Assembly (NCBI RefSeq): GCF_006345805.1
Contig: NC_042997.1
Span: forward strand, 92,194,001-92,258,000
Length of the DNA: 64,000 bases
From: Octopus sinensis
Lineage: Eukaryota
Direction: 5' to 3'
Every line of letters starts with the position of its first letter. Within the stretch, counting starts at the first letter, position 1. Both the position numbers and the translations under genes were made by a program. Of this stretch, positions 13,996-27,769 are shown piece by piece. Under the pieces are notes generated by a model, which was not told where the DNA came from, searched no databases, and worked only from the letters and a program-made list of their open reading frames with translations.

Positions 13996-16394
13996 ATGCT
14001 TTAGTTCATGTAACATAAATGTAAAATTTTTGAAATATGTACAAAATCTAGCATAAAAGAAAGGAACTGGTTTTCCTAGCTAAGTATTTGTAGACAGTAT
14101 CAATATTGAAATATTTACTAATAACATGCTAATATTAATAGGAGGTGGGGAATTGAATATGAAACTTTATATAGTGCATGTGTTGTATAATTGAGTTTTG
14201 AAGTAGTACCATTAAAGTGGAGACTCATTTCATTCATGGGCTGTATTTGGGCAAGGCAGCCAAGCTGAGCCTGTTTCTTCCCAAGCAATATCCACACAAA
14301 GGGTTGAACATAGCACCGCAAGCTAACAAGGAGGTTACCTATTTATAGATAAGTGGACCTGGATTTCCAAAATCAAGTGTTTTGACCATGTACAAGTACC
14401 ATGGTTGTGATATGATATGAAATGTAATTTCATATCATATCACTTGTAATTTTAGAAAATTATAACATCATGACTATCAGAAATAGTAATGTATTGCAAT
14501 TTGATTTTTGTTGAAATCACATGTTGAAATTTTTTTTTTTTTTTTGAAAAATAAGTTTCAGGAAGGTCAATGTGTACAATTCACCATCAACACCATTTAT
14601 TCACTGCACGATTCTCAGATTACCATTTACTAGCTACAAAACAGTTCTACAAAAGGCTGTTTATAACAAATATCTGTTTATAATTATGTTGCATACTAAT
14701 AAACATTTAAAAAAAAATCCTAATCAATATTTTTCAGTTGTTAAAACACAGATAGTTTATAGATAAGCTAATATTTTCTTGTTAGCAAACTGAATCTGCT
14801 ACCACCTAAAGACAAAAACCCCGCAAAAACTATAACATAAAAGTAAATAAATAAAAATTTAAAGAAGTTTCTGAGCAAATTGGTGTGTTTAGAGTGTGAG
14901 AAATTAGTGCAAAATGTGCAATGGTTAAATTAGTTGTTAAAAGAATGTATAGAAACAAGCTTGCAATAGATAACATTGAACTAAGATGTATGTAAACTGA
15001 TAGCACAAGTAGGATAGAGAGTCTAATCTTTGTCAAAAATGGGGTAATAAAATGATACTACTGAGATTATTGATAGACAATCAGATAACAGGGACTATAT
15101 TTTTAGTTTGCAGGCCTGCTTAGCAGATAGATAACTTCCAAGAAAATAAATAATTGAAAAATTATTTATTGTCAATGAAAATAAAGATGATTTCTTTGGT
15201 GTGCATGGCATTACATTTATGATATAAAGAATGGATTTTTTTTTATCATACAAACCAATTTTATTATCTACTTTACAAAAATTTTAGTTGTAATTGCAAG
15301 TCAAATTAACTGTTTTGTAAGATAGAGAGAAAAATGGAAAAGAACATGAAACCAATTTTGATTGTAAATGTATCTTCAGCATGTGATATGATGGATGATG
15401 ACAGACAAAAGATATATCTCACATATATAGCACATATCACATGTCAAATAACTAAAAAATCTATCCCAAAAGAAAGTATCTAAGTCTTCAAGCTAATTAA
15501 CTGCAGACATATTAATATAGACATCTTTATTAACATGTGGCATAGCATTTTTTGCTGAACATTTGAATATTGGCATATGAACTCTCAGAAAATTACATGC
15601 CACTTATATTGAATTCTATAAGAGATTTAGCAGTAGAATGTTCTCATGAAGTGTATTTTGGGAAGTCATTTGAAATTGGAATTGTCAACCCTTTGGTTGT
15701 TAGATCAGCTCACTAACAACTCTCTAGTGTATGAATTCTTTGAGTTCCATTGTTGAGTATGTATTTCTAATATTGTTTAGTACTGGATGAGATTAGTTTA
15801 GGCGATGTACAAATAAGCAAAGTTCTGAGAAGAGTGGAGAGAGCTGAATGATTTCTTTCGAGGCTATTTCAAAAATAATATTAAAGATGTACATATAGAC
15901 AAAGAGGGGGAGATATTGAAAAGTTTGAAGGGAATATGAGCAATTTAAAAATATGATTTGTTCCAAATTATACAATCTTTTTGATTGGGGAATCCAATGT
16001 CTCCTAACTTGAAGACAGTTGCTTTTTTTATTGCAGTGATTTCAGTTGGGTAACAGGTAACATAATGTGTTGTAGAACAGAGCCGTCTGACAGTTATTCA
16101 GTGTTTTCTTTTTCTCTTTATTGTTTTTGTTATTTTATTCTTAATTTCATAAACTTATTTACTACATTTGTCTTCATGAAAACAGCCCTGTCTACGTAGC
16201 TCTTTGTGGAAGATATCTCTTTGGAAATAGCTAGGTTTGAATCTGTTTAAAATTATTGACTGATACTCTATTACTTACACTATTACTATCAACATACTAA
16301 GAAGAATAAAAAGAAGCACACTGACAAAACAGATCAGTAGCACCTGGAGGAATAGTGTGCCTAACATAATGTGTGTGCTCCTGTACACAGAGAC

Positions 16395-16803
16395 AATGAG
16401 AAGAATATTTTCTACTCTAGGCACAAGGCCCAAAATTCTGGGGGAGGGGCCGGTTGATTAGATCGACCCCAGTACACAACTAGTACTTAATTTATCTACC
16501 CTGAAAGGATAAAAGGCAAAGTTGACCTCAGCAGAATTTGAATTCAGAACATATAAAGACATGAAATACCTATTTCTTTACTGCCCACAAGGGGCTACAC
16601 ACAGAGGGAACAAACAAGGAAAGACAAATGGATTAAGTTGATTACATCGACCCCAGTGTGTAAATGGTACTTATTTAATCGACTCCGAAAGGATGAAAGG
16701 CAAAGTCGATCTCGGCGGAATTTGAACTCACAACGTAACGGCAGACGAAATACCACTAAGCATTTCGCCTGGCGTGCTAATGTTTCTGCCAGCTCGCCAC
16801 CTT
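16395..16803 (-). mobile_element. tRNA-derived SINE, family B (partly dimeric)
   Basis: Reverse complement of the aaggtggtgagctggc...gagttcaaattccgccgag family at 52314. Confidence 0.85.
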
Positions 16804-16984
16804 AGACAATGAGAAGAATGAGACACAAGAGTATTGTGATATTGCTTAGCAGGTTATATGAATGAAACAATACTTGAACCAAGATGAGCCAACAGAAGAC
16901 CAGCTGAAGAATTTAGCTATGCATTAGTGTCATTAAGGACTTTCAACAATAATTAAGTTTCCCAATTCTACAAAGACAACATAC

Positions 16985-17398
16985 TTTACTCTTTACTCTT
17001 TTACTTGTTTCAGTCATTTGACTGCGGCCATGCTGGAGCACTGCCTTTAGTCGAGCAAATCGACCCCAGGACTCATTCTTTGTAAGCCTAGTACTTATTC
17101 TATTGGTCTCTTTTGCCGAACTGCTAAGTTACGGGGACGTAAACACACCAGCAACAGTTGTCAAGTGATGTTGGGGGGGGGGGACAAACACAGACACACA
17201 AATATACATATATATATATATATACATATATACGATGGGCTTCTTTCAGTTTCCGTCTACCAAATCCACTCACAAGGCTTTCGTCGGCCCAAGGCTATAG
17301 TAGAAGACACTTGCCCAAAGTGTCACACAGTGCGACTGAACCCGGAACCATGTGGTTCGTAAGCAAGCTACTTACGACACAACCACTCCTATGCCTAT
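16985..17398 (-). mobile_element. SINE family A
   Basis: Near full-length match to the 5625-6030 copy. Confidence 0.9.
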
Positions 17399-18399
17399 AT
17401 TGTTTTCTAATTAAAGGAAAGAGGTACAAAGCATAATTTCAGGAAATTGACACTCAAAATACACCCATTTTACTAGTGCTACCACTAGTCCTGACAATTA
17501 AAGATTACAAAATATGGAATACTTTGAAAGATTGCAGAAAGTAGTAGTTGAGTTTCTATGTGACCTAAATGCAGAAGACAGCAATATCATAGTGCAACTG
17601 GAATCATTGTTTATGTTTGCAATGAAGAGATTCTCTTTTCATATGAAAGGAGAATATATAATATATGGGAAACATGATATTGTTTTACAGCAAAACATAG
17701 TTAATGAAAGCAGAAGAGCAACAGTGACTGGAGATGGACAAGTCAAATATTTCCTGGAAATGCAACAGATACATTTAATAGACAAGCTAAAATGTATATA
17801 AGTTATAGAGGATAACAAATGATTTAAAGGAATGGAGTGAAACTTGACATTACAAAGTGAGGTTTCATAGATGAGATAATGCATTGAAATATGCTATTAT
17901 GTAAGTCAGTTTCAGTCTATGTTAACATGGAAAGACAAATGATAAATATAGAACATTTATATATATGTATACACACACACACATATACATATCTATGTTT
18001 CATAGAAAAGAAACAAAAGCAAAACAAATTAGAACAATTAGAAATACCAAATAATAAATATAATTTGATGAAATGAAGTGGGGAGTGCATCATTTGAATT
18101 CCACTATTGAATTACTATTTGATAAGCACTTTGTGATGAAAAACAGTTTAAGGAGATTAGGATAGAGAGAGTTTAATTAAAAGTAAATAAACATTCTAAT
18201 ATTTCTGTTTTAAATAACACAACAAAGTGAGAAACAACATAATGCAATGCACAAATATAAATTAGACTACAGTAGATGGAAACTCCATTCAGTACATCCA
18301 GTGTAAACTATGGATATACAAGAACTGCTGTGGAATCTGAGGCAGGTTAACAAGGAAGGAAGATATGCAGCAGATAATCAGGAGAGGTAAGAAGTAAGA

Positions 18400-19000
18400 G
18401 CACACCCGAAAAATATTCTCTGAAATGCTTTGACAGTTCACTTGTTAATTACTTCTATTACCTAAATGGCTAAATTAAGAGTGGAGGTAGGTGCTCTGAA
18501 AGCATAATAGCCAGAATAAGAACAGACTGAAAGAACCATAACTTCTGGTAACAACAGGTTCTTTCTCAGAATGAATGAGAAACTATGATGCCCGTGTACA
18601 AAGTGTGATACTTTGTGGATGTGAGATATGGGTAGTGAATGCAGAGGATCTGTAAAGGATAGAAAGAAATAAAGCAAACCTATTTTGTTGGGTGTTAATG
18701 TTAGTATGCATGAATCATGAAGTACAAATGAACTCAAAGCAAAACTGTGTATAAAAAAAAATTGGATGAAGTAAGAGAGAAAACTGTTCTGCTTTGAGAT
18801 GGGATGTATGATGACAGCTATATAAGTAGATGGAACCTATGAAAGAAGGAAACCTAAGGTGACATGGGAGGAATTGGCGAAAACTGATCTCAGAATATTT
18901 GAGCCTCATGACAATGACAAAGGACTACAATGATTAGTGCTGGAGAGGACTAGCCCAACTGTGCAAAAATGGCATAATGAACATTGAAATGGTAGTAGTG
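18400..19000 (+). mobile_element. Degenerate RTE LINE 3' fragment
   Basis: Nucleotide similarity to 34560-35050 (gaaagcataatagccagaataagaa...tgtgagatatggg). Confidence 0.65.
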
Positions 19001-20709
19001 ATGGAGGCTGGGAGGTATAATGTATCTATATTTGGGTATCTTACCCAATATGTTTCTATTGAATCTATATCTGCTGCCTGCCCAGCCTCTTGATATCCTC
19101 TCATCTTTCTCTGCCCAACCCCTTGATATAATTATCTACTATTTATTCTTTGGGTCATGTGGAATTGGGCAAATAGGCACACTGTAAAGTAGTGAGGAAC
19201 CTCTAGTCTTACAAGGCACAAAGCAAACCCTTTCGTGTTGGTGTCACAATAAAATACATCAAGTACACTTTGTAAAGTGGTTAGCAATTGAGTGAAGATG
19301 ATATAGGGTCAAGAGGGCTTGCTATTCTTGTCAAGGACATGAACATTTCTAGTGCTTGTGCTTTGATAAAATGAAGGTATCCAGTTGCAGAATCCAAGTA
19401 AAAAAAGGAAATGAATGAGTGAAATGTGGTCCTCTAACCTTTCTAGAAGGGCAGAAACTTTAAATTGGAACTGACTTGGGTTGTGATGGCCAGTCCAACC
19501 CATATTAAAATGAACAGTGGATGCAAAATGATGATGAAATAACATTTGGTATCAATAACTTAAAAACTTTAAAAATCCATAAACTTAAAAGATCCTAATA
19601 ATACAACTTCATCGGTTATATTAAATCTATTGAAGTTACAACTCATAGCTACAATTTCAACCTTATTGACTTAGTTTTATTTACTGTATATACATTTTTT
19701 TTTACATTCATAATCTTCCAGGAAACAAATGTTATGATATATCAGACAAAATTTGAATAGGCTATATTAATTAGAAAAGCAAATGAATAAAATACTTTAA
19801 AATTACAATATCTTCATTTCTTATAATCAGGGCATGAAAACGATCTTTTGCAGTGTTACTTTACATAGTCTTACTTTGTACCATCCAAATTTATCTTGTA
19901 GTACCAGATGTTTAAATGTCACCAAGAATATTTATCTTATCACTGACTTTCTACATTTACTTTTCTAGTGCAAATATATCACTAATGTACAAGAGTATTT
20001 GTATAACATATTTTTGTTCCTTTATTATAGTTCAAATGACATGAAATGCATACAAAATGTTTTAAAAAAAGTAAAAATTAAATTTTGATTTTAAGCACTG
20101 CAAATATCAGGTACCATGAAAAACTAAAGTTCATTAAGATAAGTGTGTGTGTTAGTGTGTGTTTGTTAATGTGTATATATAACATTAAAGCATGTAAGAA
20201 TAATGAATATTCACTACATATGGAGTGTTTTAATTATTAACTTTTAGGATATGAAATAGTGTAATTCACTTAGAATTATATTATTAAAGTTCAATTGAGT
20301 TTGTTTTGTTTTGGATGGAATAGAATATAAAAGCTTTCACTTTTATATCAATAACTATGGAAGGCTGGTTGGAATATTATCCGTATGGACTTCAAGGGCT
20401 AGCTTGCTATTTAGATAATTTAGGAGTTGGCTATAGGTTTACTTATAGAATTATTAATTTACTGAGACTATTTTTGTACATAGGGTAAATGTGGTTCCTT
20501 TGTTGTAGTTAAATTATTAATGTTAGTGTGTAATCCTTAAGATTGAATGAATGTGGTGATATCTAAGGTATGTTTGTTCCCAAACAACACTTATTTTAGT
20601 GCTGATGACACCACCAAATTGAATGATATTGCCCAAGTGTTGAAACCATAGTGATATCTGTGGGGCAGCTGATCATGGATGCATGTTGGATTACTGGTAT
20701 GGCTGTTAT

Positions 20710-20750
<41 letters not shown>

Positions 20751-21390
20751 TAAACTTGCTTGAAAATGGATGTCTGGCGTTCAATCATATAATAATATTG
20801 TGGTTCCTGACCGATTACACGTGTGTTGAAGGCTTGCTATGGAATTTATATTCAGATATATTTGGGGTACTTATGTGTACAGATGACTTTTGCTTCTGCT
20901 TTTTTCCATGGGTGCTTGTAAGTATTTCATTTATTTCTTATCGTATTCTCTGCTGGTGAGTGGAAAAATCTGTTAGATTAATCCCAAAATCATTCGATTC
21001 AGAGATAATGAATTTAAAAAAAAATTCTGTTAGCTTGCTTTCCTCGTTTTCAACATGGTGTGTATTTATAGTGATATGTATTGTATGTGGTGATTGATGC
21101 TTTAACCCTTTAGTGTTTGCATTATTCTGCCAAAATTAATGCTTCTTCATCTACATTGTTTTGAACTAATCATGCATTAATCTTGTAGCTATGAGATTTT
21201 GATGTGGTAGCTGTTAATTTTTAAAATGATATTGTAGGGTTGGTGTGGGAGACCAGATATGGCCAGTTTGAACATAAAACAGGGAGAATGCTTTTGGCCG
21301 GATATGGCCAGTTTAAATGCTAGAGGGTTAAAGTCTATTTCTCAGCATATTGGCATAGAAATCTTTTTGTTTTGCCCTTATTTATATATA

Positions 21391-21433
<43 letters not shown>

Positions 21434-21488
21434 ATATATATATAAATATAAATATATATAAATATATATATAATATAAATATATATAA

Positions 21489-21545
<57 letters not shown>

Positions 21546-21564
21546 AATATATATAAATATAAAT

Positions 21565-21859
21565 ATATGGGTACAGGATGTCACAGAATGTAAACAACGT
21601 GTAATATGAAAACAATATGTAATACGAAGACAAACAAGAGAAAGAAATGGAAAACATGACAAGTAACATAAAGAATGACCCTTCATCAGTTGTCGGCTGT
21701 CCATCTATTCCTCATTCCAAGCATTTACAGCCAACAACTGATGGGGCCGTTCTTTATGTTACTTGCCTTGTTTTCCATTTGTTTCTCTCGGTGTTTGCAT
21801 ACCCAAGTTTGTCTTCGTATTTCATGTTGTTTACGTTCTGTGGCATCCTGTACCCATAA
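21565..21859. repeat. Foldback (~295 bp inverted repeat) between (TA)n tracts
   Basis: tgggtacaggatgtcacagaatgtaaacaac pairs with gttgtttacgttctgtggcatcctgtaccca. Inner catcagttgtcggctgt pairs with acagccaacaactgatg. Confidence 0.85.
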
Positions 21860-21912
21860 ATGCACATATATGAACATATATAAGTATGCATGTACATACA
21901 TGTACGTATATA

Positions 21913-21980
<68 letters not shown>

Positions 21981-22399
21981 GTAATGCCTCGATATATGAG
22001 TTAACTTGTTCCCAGAGAATGCTCGTTAAGCAAAAACTCGTAAAGAGGAAATAAAATTTGTAAAACTTGTAAACTCGGGGTCTCAAAAAACAGATCGTCA
22101 TAAAGTGGTGTTTGTGTGTGCGTGTACATATATGAAATGGCCAGGTCATCAGGATGAATGATGAACGGCTTCCTCATCAAATCCTCTTCAGTAAACTGGC
22201 AACTGGGAAGAGAAAGAAAAAAGGGGAAGACAATGGCAACGGAAGGCCAAATAACAGCAACCATGACTGACTCCGACATTCACATGTGGCCAGTGTAATT
22301 TGTTTTCTATGTGAAGATTGGTCTTATTAGCCACATTTGTCACTGGCAATAATGGTCCAAATATTCGTCCAGAAGTAGAAATCAACCCCCAGAGTTGTG

Positions 22400-22856
22400 G
22401 GATGAGTCAGGCCCTTGTTGGTAACTAAGAGCCTCTCCCTCAGAGTGAAAGGAAGATTGTTTAATGCCTGTGTATGTACGGCTATGTTATATGGCAGTGA
22501 AACATGGGCTTTGACTACAGAGGACTTGTGAAGGCTTGAAAGAAAATGAAGCTAACATGCTCCACTGGATGGGTAATGTCAGTGTGCATACATGGCAGAG
22601 AGTAAATGATGTAAGAGAAAAACTGTGTAAAAGAGGCATTAGATGTGTGCAAGAGAGAAGACTGTGCTGGTTTGGTCATGTGATGTCTATGGATGAGGAC
22701 AACTGCATAAAGAAGTGTTGAGCTTTAATTGTAAAAGGTACCTGTGGAAGGGGTAGACCCAGGAAGACATGGGATTAAGTAGTGAGAAAGGATCTTCAGC
22801 AAATGACAAGGGACTGAGAGATGTGGCAATATGCTGTACTTGATAAGACACGTCAA
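22400..22856 (+). mobile_element. RTE LINE 3' fragment
   Basis: NEANMLHWMGNVSVH...RCVQERRLCWFGHV, then the equivalent of GRPRKTW. Confidence 0.8.
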
Positions 22857-22858
22857 GC

Positions 22859-24792
22859 TACTGTATTTCCCATCATCGAAGACGCTACTTTTCTCCTAAA
22901 ATAAGGCTCAAAAATCTATCATGCGTCCTGGAAGCTGAAGGTTGCATTTTTCATAGGCATATCCTAACCCTAGAGGAAAATTTTCTATGCTAGACAGTAA
23001 TGTGGACTCCTGTATATGACCGCTCAATGAAGTGTATAAATGATACCTTGTTAAAGTAGTAAATAAACAAAACTATCATAAAATTTTTTTTAGATATATG
23101 CAATCACAAAAAATTCATTCCTGTATGGGCAGTGTATGCTAGACGAGGCAACTGATGAGTGATAGTTTATATGTGTATCCATATTACTGATATTGTCACT
23201 TTCTTCAAACAACCTGACTTAAGGGTACATTATTAAGTGATGAAAGAAGTAAAACTGCGGTATGTTAAAAGGGTTTACAAGCAAATATTAATAACAACAC
23301 TATCGTAATCACTTACTCACTTTCTGTAATGAAATGTAGTGTTCAGTCATAACTTACTCACTCTCTGTAATGAAACGTGTTGTGTTCAGACAGCAACATA
23401 GGCTTCCTCCTTGATCTCTGAAAGCCATGGTCTTAACCAGTTCAAATCTGGTCCTGATGACATTAGGAGTGATCCACAACTTCAGAAGATTTTACTTAAA
23501 ACTTTTAGCCCAACTGTTACTATGGCAACCTCCAACAGAAGATACTCTTGCACAATCAGCTACAAGTGATTGAATATGCCAAACAGAATGGCAACAGGGC
23601 TGCAGAGAGGCATTTTGGAGCACCGCCAACTGAGAAGATGATCCACTACAGGAAGAAACAAGAGGACCTATTGAAGCCTGCATCAAGACTTAAACATAAC
23701 CTGCATCAGACTGCAGCTAAGTGGTCAGAACTGGAGCAAGAGATGAAAGAGTGGATAGTTGCGGAGAGAAAATTGGGCCTTGCAGTATCTATAAAAATGA
23801 TTATTAATGAACCAAAAGTGAGAGCAGCAGCACAAGGTCTGGATGATTTTCATGGCACATCAAGCTGGCATTATAGATTTATGAAGAGGCACAGACTGGC
23901 AATGAGAATGAAAACAAGAATAGCACAAAAATGCCTGAAGATTATGATAACAAAATAATTGAATTTCACAGGTTCATGATCAGTGCAAGAAAAGAGACTG
24001 ACTACGAACTGGATCAGATCAGAAACATGGATGAGGTGTCACTAACGTTTGATGTGGTATCAAATAGAACAGTGGATGTTAAAGGATCCAAAACTGTAAG
24101 TGTAAAGACATCTGTACATGAGAAAACCCATTATACTGCAGTACTATTGTGTTGTGCTGATAGAACAAAACTGCCACTGCTGTTTATTTTCAAGAGGAAA
24201 ACTACCAAAAGACAAAATTTCATGTGAAATTTTCGTTCATGTCCACCCAAAGGGGATGATGGATGAAGAAGGAGTGAAGTTATGGCTAGATAAGATCTGC
24301 TCAAGGTGTTCCAGTGGCCTCCTTAAAAAACCATCCCTTCTTGTGTGGGACCAGTTTCGTGCCCACAAACCAAAGGCTATAAAAGAAAGGGTGCAGAAAT
24401 TGAAAATAAAAATGGCAGTGATCCCTGGTGGTTTAACAAGCAAATTACAACCACTGGACATATCAATCAACAAGCCTTTTAAAGCATTTATAAAAGAAGA
24501 GTGGAATCAGTGGATGAGAGCCAAGGACCATGACCTAACAGCAACAGATCATTTGAAAAGGCCAACAACTGCTCAGGTGTGCGAGTGTGTCCTGAAATCA
24601 TGGAATGCTGTGAAAATTGAAGCAGTAGTAAAATCTTTTGAAAAATGTGGCATCAGTAAATCATTAGATGGCACAGAAGATGACATTCTGTTTGATGATA
24701 GTGAAACTTCAGACAGTACTGACAACCCTGATGATTTTTCTGGTTTTAGGGCTATGGAAGACTGCAGTCAGTTTTCAGGATTTGAAGAGTGA
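22859..24792 (+). mobile_element. pogo-superfamily transposon relic (Brinker-like DBD, CENP-B HTH, DDE_1); at least 3 frameshifts
   Basis: VIEYAKQNGNRAAERHFG, SWHYRFMKRH, NMDEV, LLVWDQFRAH, IPGGLTSKLQPLDISINKPFK. Left end ta|ctgtatttcc resembles a pogo TIR; no right TIR seen. Confidence 0.9.
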
Positions 24793-25804
24793 AATATTTT
24801 CCTTATACTCATATGTTTAATATCTGTGAACTTTTTAATCTTTTCCCATTGTTATTTAATTGTAATGTTTGTTTTGTTATGTCTGTGTGAAATTTTTACA
24901 AATGGTAATGATATGAAATGTTTTCAGGATTTGATGATTAAAATATATTTTCTTATTTGTAATATTTCAACTGTGCAGATTTAATCCCTGTTCTGTTTTT
25001 ATTTTGTTCTATTTGGGATGTTATGTTTGTGTGATATTTCTATAAATGATAGCAATAAGCAAAATATTTTCAGAATTTTATGATTGAAATGTTTTTGATT
25101 GTGTAGAATTTACTGTAATCATTATTTTATTTTGTTCTATTTGGGATGTCATGTTCATGTAGTATTTTTACATAGTGTAACTGTACAATAAGATGCTATT
25201 CTGTATTTCTCACAATAATTTTCCTATTGTGGAGTTTAGTTTTTCCTTTGTCTGGGATAAAACAAAGTACTGTATAAGTCTACATCCAATACTTCCAAAA
25301 TCTTAAAATACTGCACCAGCTTTAGCCTTATCTACTTGCATGAACTGAGACACTATTTAAACAAAACAGTCAAATTTGAAAAGTTTCTTAGTTGGTAGTG
25401 GTGGTGGTGGAGATGCATCCTCCCATCCCCCACCCTCTGAATCCATCCCTGTCATAGTGTAGTTTCAGTATTACAGTGGGTACATAACAGTAGACGTAAA
25501 CTTTGAGAGTAAACTTATCATACCATATCTCTACTGATGGTCACACAAAACAAATTGGTAAGGTGAATGCTGCCTTTTGTTTGTGATACCAACCCACCTG
25601 CACCCACCCCTTGTAGAGTTATATAAAGTTCATATTTTTAAAATGATTTACATTCAAACCATCCATCAAATTTTCTTGTTAATCTAAGTTCTGAAAATCA
25701 GATAAAGTAAATAATGAATGTTATTTTACTAAATTCTTTATTATTTTGAAAATTAATTGAAACAAAGGTAGAAATTTAGTAATAAAAGGGTTAAAATAAT
25801 TTCT

Positions 25805-26240
25805 TACACAGGCACAAGACTAGAAATATTTTGAGAGCATGAGGGTATAGTTGATTATATTGACCCCGTACTTAACTGATGCTTTATTTCATCAACCCCA
25901 GAAAGATGAAAAGCAAAGTTGACTGTGGTAGGATTTCAACTTAAATATGAAGTACCTAAACAAATAAAACAAGGCATTTGTCTAACACAAAATGAGTCTA
26001 CCAAACCATTGCCCTTAAATATTAAAATTGTTTCAAAATTTGGCACATGGCCAGCAACTTTAAGAAAGGAGGTAAATAAGTCAATTACACTTTCCCCAGT
26101 GTTAAACTGGTATTTATTTTATCAACCTGAAAGGATGAAAGGTAAAGATGATTTTGATGGAATTTAAACCCAGCAAGTAAAGAACTAGAAGAAACACAGC
26201 TGCTAAGCATTTTGTCCAACTTGCTAATGGTTCTACCAAT
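25805..26240 (-). mobile_element. SINE family B, diverged
   Basis: gaaaggatgaaaggtaaag and aagcattttgtc motifs shared with 16395-16803. Confidence 0.7.
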
Positions 26241-26439
26241 CCACTACCTAAAATGTCATTAAAATAATAAAAATAAAAATGAGATATATTTGAATTTTAA
26301 ATGTTTGGATATTTAAAAAAGTAAGCAAACTTTGTTTGAAGAAAAAATATAAAAACTAGGTTAACAATTTTGGTTGGAAATACTCATGCAGCAAAAAAAA
26401 ATAAATAAAAACAAAGAAAACTTACTGAAGTACATTTAA

Positions 26440-26712
26440 ACAAAGGATATATATATATACACATTATTTACATTTGACAGATATTTGTCCTCATCTTGTT
26501 TGTTGTTAACACAACTTTTCGGCTGATATACCCTCCAGCCTTCATCAGGTGTCTTGGGGAAATTTCGAACCTGGATTCTCATTCCTAAGGTATTTTTCGA
26601 TGTTATTACTATTATTATTATTATTATCATTATTCAAGTCACTGTCTTGAACTGAATTCGGAATCTCGGGGTTAGTAGCCCACGCTCTTAACCACTACGC
26701 CATATGCCCTTC
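26440..26712 (-). mobile_element. Short chimeric retroposon: tRNA-like head + (AAT)n + hammerhead-bearing tail
   Basis: Head ggcgtagtggttaagagcgtgggctactaaccccgag (A box, 7-nt anticodon-like loop), then an AAT run, then the hammerhead motif, ending in (TA)n. Confidence 0.7.
26508..26553 (-). ncRNA. Minimal type I hammerhead ribozyme motif with one core-adjacent substitution
   Basis: gacac CTGATGA a ggctg-gagggtatat-cagcc GAAA A GTT gtgtt. Stems I and II pair; C15.2 is A in this copy. Confidence 0.75.
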
Positions 26713-27505
26713 GGCATATTTGATAAAATAAGTAACAACAAGCACTAGGGTCAGTGTACTCAACAAGCCCCTTCCCCCAAAATCTCAGTCCTTGTGCCAA
26801 TAGTAGAAAAGATCGTTATTATTATTATTGTTGCTGAGCATACTTTTGTATGGAACAGAAGCATGGACTCCCTACTACAGACATTTAAAGAAACTTGAAA
26901 CCTTTCACATGTGCTGTCTGTGCAATATCTGCAACATAAAATGGCAAGATAAGATATCAAAATGTCAAAATCTTATAAAAATGTGATATCTCCAGTTTTC
27001 AAAGTATGCTGCTGGGTGCAGATGGGTAGGACATATTGCTTGAATGAAAAATGACCACATTCCAAAAATTGTTTTGTATGGCTAACAAGTGGAGGGATAT
27101 TTGTAGTAAAGGAAGACTTATCCTCAGGTATAAGGATAAGGTGAAGCAATCACAAAAATCACTATGGCTTAACTTGACATCTTGGGAAGGTTATTGCCTA
27201 GATCGATCTGCATGTCAGAAAATGTGTTATGATACATCAAAACAATAGGAGTTGAAGAAACAGAACAATAAAAAAATTTTATCCTGCAATCAACAGATAC
27301 ACTTGTCCAATCACAAGCAAAATCAAAAGCATCAGTATCTCCATTGTGACTTCATAGTAAAATCCATACTTGGACTCAAATTACATTCACACATCTATTG
27401 CAAATAAATGCAGCTTCAAAAGTTGTTTTCTCTTTTCCTTGCTTTTTTTTCTTTCTTTAAATCCACTCCTTCAAATGCTCATATGTTGAAACTTATGGGA
27501 GTAAC

Positions 27506-27540
<35 letters not shown>

Positions 27541-27769
27541 CTTCCGACGCCGATGGACGTACGTGAATCAGCTCCGTGAATTTGACACCAATTTCACTGG
27601 AAATTTGCCGATAAGTTTGAATATTTTTTAATATTTTTGTGGCCAAACCGACCGGCTTCTTGCGGAGCTCGTCGGTTGGGCGAAATTTTGCCCCATTCGG
27701 GGTGAAATTACGTTTTAAAATTTTGAACATTTGACATTTTTCAACATTTTGAATATTACAAAACAAAAC

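Noticed and set aside
14623-14805. Possible additional minus-strand exon (acceptor tttttgtctttag at 14806)
   Set aside because: Only a weak donor and no coding or other support.
20300-20710. Possible very old Penelope RT fragment on the minus strand
   Set aside because: Too degraded to identify motifs confidently.
21675-21750. CTGATGA/CTGATGG in the foldback centre
   Set aside because: No downstream GAAA box on either arm.
23153-23175. CTGATGAG as a possible hammerhead
   Set aside because: No stem II, GAAA or stem I partner follows.
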